Part shown: positions 62,971-64,000 of the stretch, in pieces
Layout of the letters: each line of letters begins with the position of its first letter
Numbering within the stretch: the first letter of the stretch is position 1
Origin: Candidatus Bathyarchaeota archaeon
Lineage (GTDB): Archaea > Thermoproteota > Bathyarchaeia > Bathyarchaeales > Bathycorpusculaceae
DNA length: 64,000 bases
NCBI GenBank assembly: GCA_963775685.1
Contig: CAVZJV010000014.1
Coordinates: forward strand, 1,024,001 to 1,088,000
Direction of reading: 5' to 3'
The notes under the pieces: model-generated
Databases searched by the model: none
Seen by the model: the letters and a program-made list of their open reading frames with translations, nothing else
What the model was told of the DNA's origin: nothing
Translations under genes and position numbers: made by a program

Positions 62971-64000
62971 TTATAGTGGGTTTACTGTTGGTTGCATGGA
63001 TTGCTCGATAGCGCCGACAGGCTTGTTTTCATTTTTTTTGACAGCAAGCAATTTCCAAACAACGATAGGTGCCCAACCGCTAAGAATCATCAGAGTCCCA
63101 GGGAACCCACCGATGTCACGCCCAACGATTGGATTAAGATAAGCTAAAATATCTGGCAAAAACGCTTCCCAAATCCCAAAAGCCACCGCCTCCGCAACAA
63201 CTGCTATAAACGCTGTTTTTTTGCCGAATTTATTGAACGTTTGAATCGCCAAAACGCCCGCAAAGAAGAAATCTCCAAGACCAAGCCCGCGAGGTGCAAA
63301 ACCAAAGAAACTAAGATAGCCTTCATGTGCTGGCAGGAGAGGAACATTCGGCAGATAAACTAGGACTGGAAGTCCCAGCCCTGTAAACTGATTGGCGGCT
63401 TGAACCATAGTTCCCGTTCCTATAACAAGCACAATGTCCATGATAGTTAAAAGAATTGCAAATAGCCCGACGGTTTTCCAACTAAACAAGGAGCTTAGAT
63501 AGAGAATTATCAGAATTGCAAATGTGAATCCAAAGACATCCATTAGAACCGGAACCCACACGTTGACTCCTCCGCTGTAGAAAACATTGAAGAAAACAAA
63601 GAGCAAAACAAACAATGCGGGGGGTTGAGCAGCTACATACCACCTTGCTTTGATGTCTGCTTTTTTCTGTTCAAACACGATTGTGCCAAAACAGAAAATT
63701 GCTAAACCAAAGAACGCCAACGCTCTATAAATTGATAAGCCATCAGAGAGGGGACCTAAAAGACTTGCCAACCCTGCAATTGTGCCTAAGATCCCAAAAC
63801 CCAGCGAAATTAGCTGTGCCCTTTTTTTAGCAAGGTTAGAGAAGACGTAGGAGAACGTAAAGAGGAGCATTGTGTATGAGCCCAGGAAGAGTATTAGGAA
63901 TATGTTTTGGAAAACTTGTTCGGGAGCAACAAGGGATGAGTAGGCTATGACCGAAACAGCAATAGCCATGAAAACGACCAGCAAAATAATGTCTCTTGTC
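62971..64000 (-). CDS. Presenilin/signal-peptide-peptidase-like GxGD intramembrane aspartyl protease (5' end runs off the window)
   Basis: Multiple TM helices, IMDIVLV, GLGLGDF, GGFPG in place of PAL. Confidence 0.75.
   Translation of the reverse strand, partial: TRDIILLVVFMAIAVSVIAYSSLVAPEQVFQNIFLILFLGSYTMLLFTFSYVFSNLAKKRAQLISLGFGILGTIAGLASLLGPLSDGLSIYRALAFFGLAIFCFGTIVFEQKKADIKARWYVAAQPPALFVLLFVFFNVFYSGGVNVWVPVLMDVFGFTFAILIILYLSSLFSWKTVGLFAILLTIMDIVLVIGTGTMVQAANQFTGLGLPVLVYLPNVPLLPAHEGYLSFFGFAPRGLGLGDFFFAGVLAIQTFNKFGKKTAFIAVVAEAVAFGIWEAFLPDILAYLNPIVGRDIGGFPGTLMILSGWAPIVVWKLLAVKKNENKPVGAIEQSMQPTVNPL

Overview
64-kb archaeal chromosomal window. Gene content points to Bathyarchaeia: paralogous PQQ-type beta-propeller surface proteins, ArnR1-like wHTH regulators, P1/P2-type rpl12, TrmI, and an intron-containing tRNA-Trp. 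In order: (i) 0.3-11.7 kb glycan/EPS cluster (GH5, acetyltransferase, GT2s, DUF1616, Gfo/Idh/MocA, DegT), whose regulatory/GT2/DUF1616 part is repeated in inverted orientation at 43-46 kb; (ii) TrmB-like regulator, UbiA, B12 radical SAM, trmI and tRNA-Trp; (iii) 19-33 kb, 47-49 kb and 61-62 kb accessory regions with about eight toxin-antitoxin modules, many broken, plus dispersed non-coding repeat families; (iv) a 33.6-42.9 kb locus that is the most interesting part: a ComQ-like atypical polyprenyl synthetase abuts a short ComX-like peptide ending in PWMTGA, together with an MFS transporter, trypsin-like protease, geranylgeranyl-reductase-like enzyme, MinD-like ATPase and TIR-TRASH protein, making a candidate archaeal prenylated-peptide signalling/RiPP system; (v) 49-64 kb small ORFs, a PolX remnant, signal peptidase, rpl12 with a structured leader, and a presenilin-like protease. 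Many accessory genes carry 1-nt frameshifts; assembly error and pseudogenisation cannot be separated from sequence alone. All family assignments are motif recognition by eye, not database searches.
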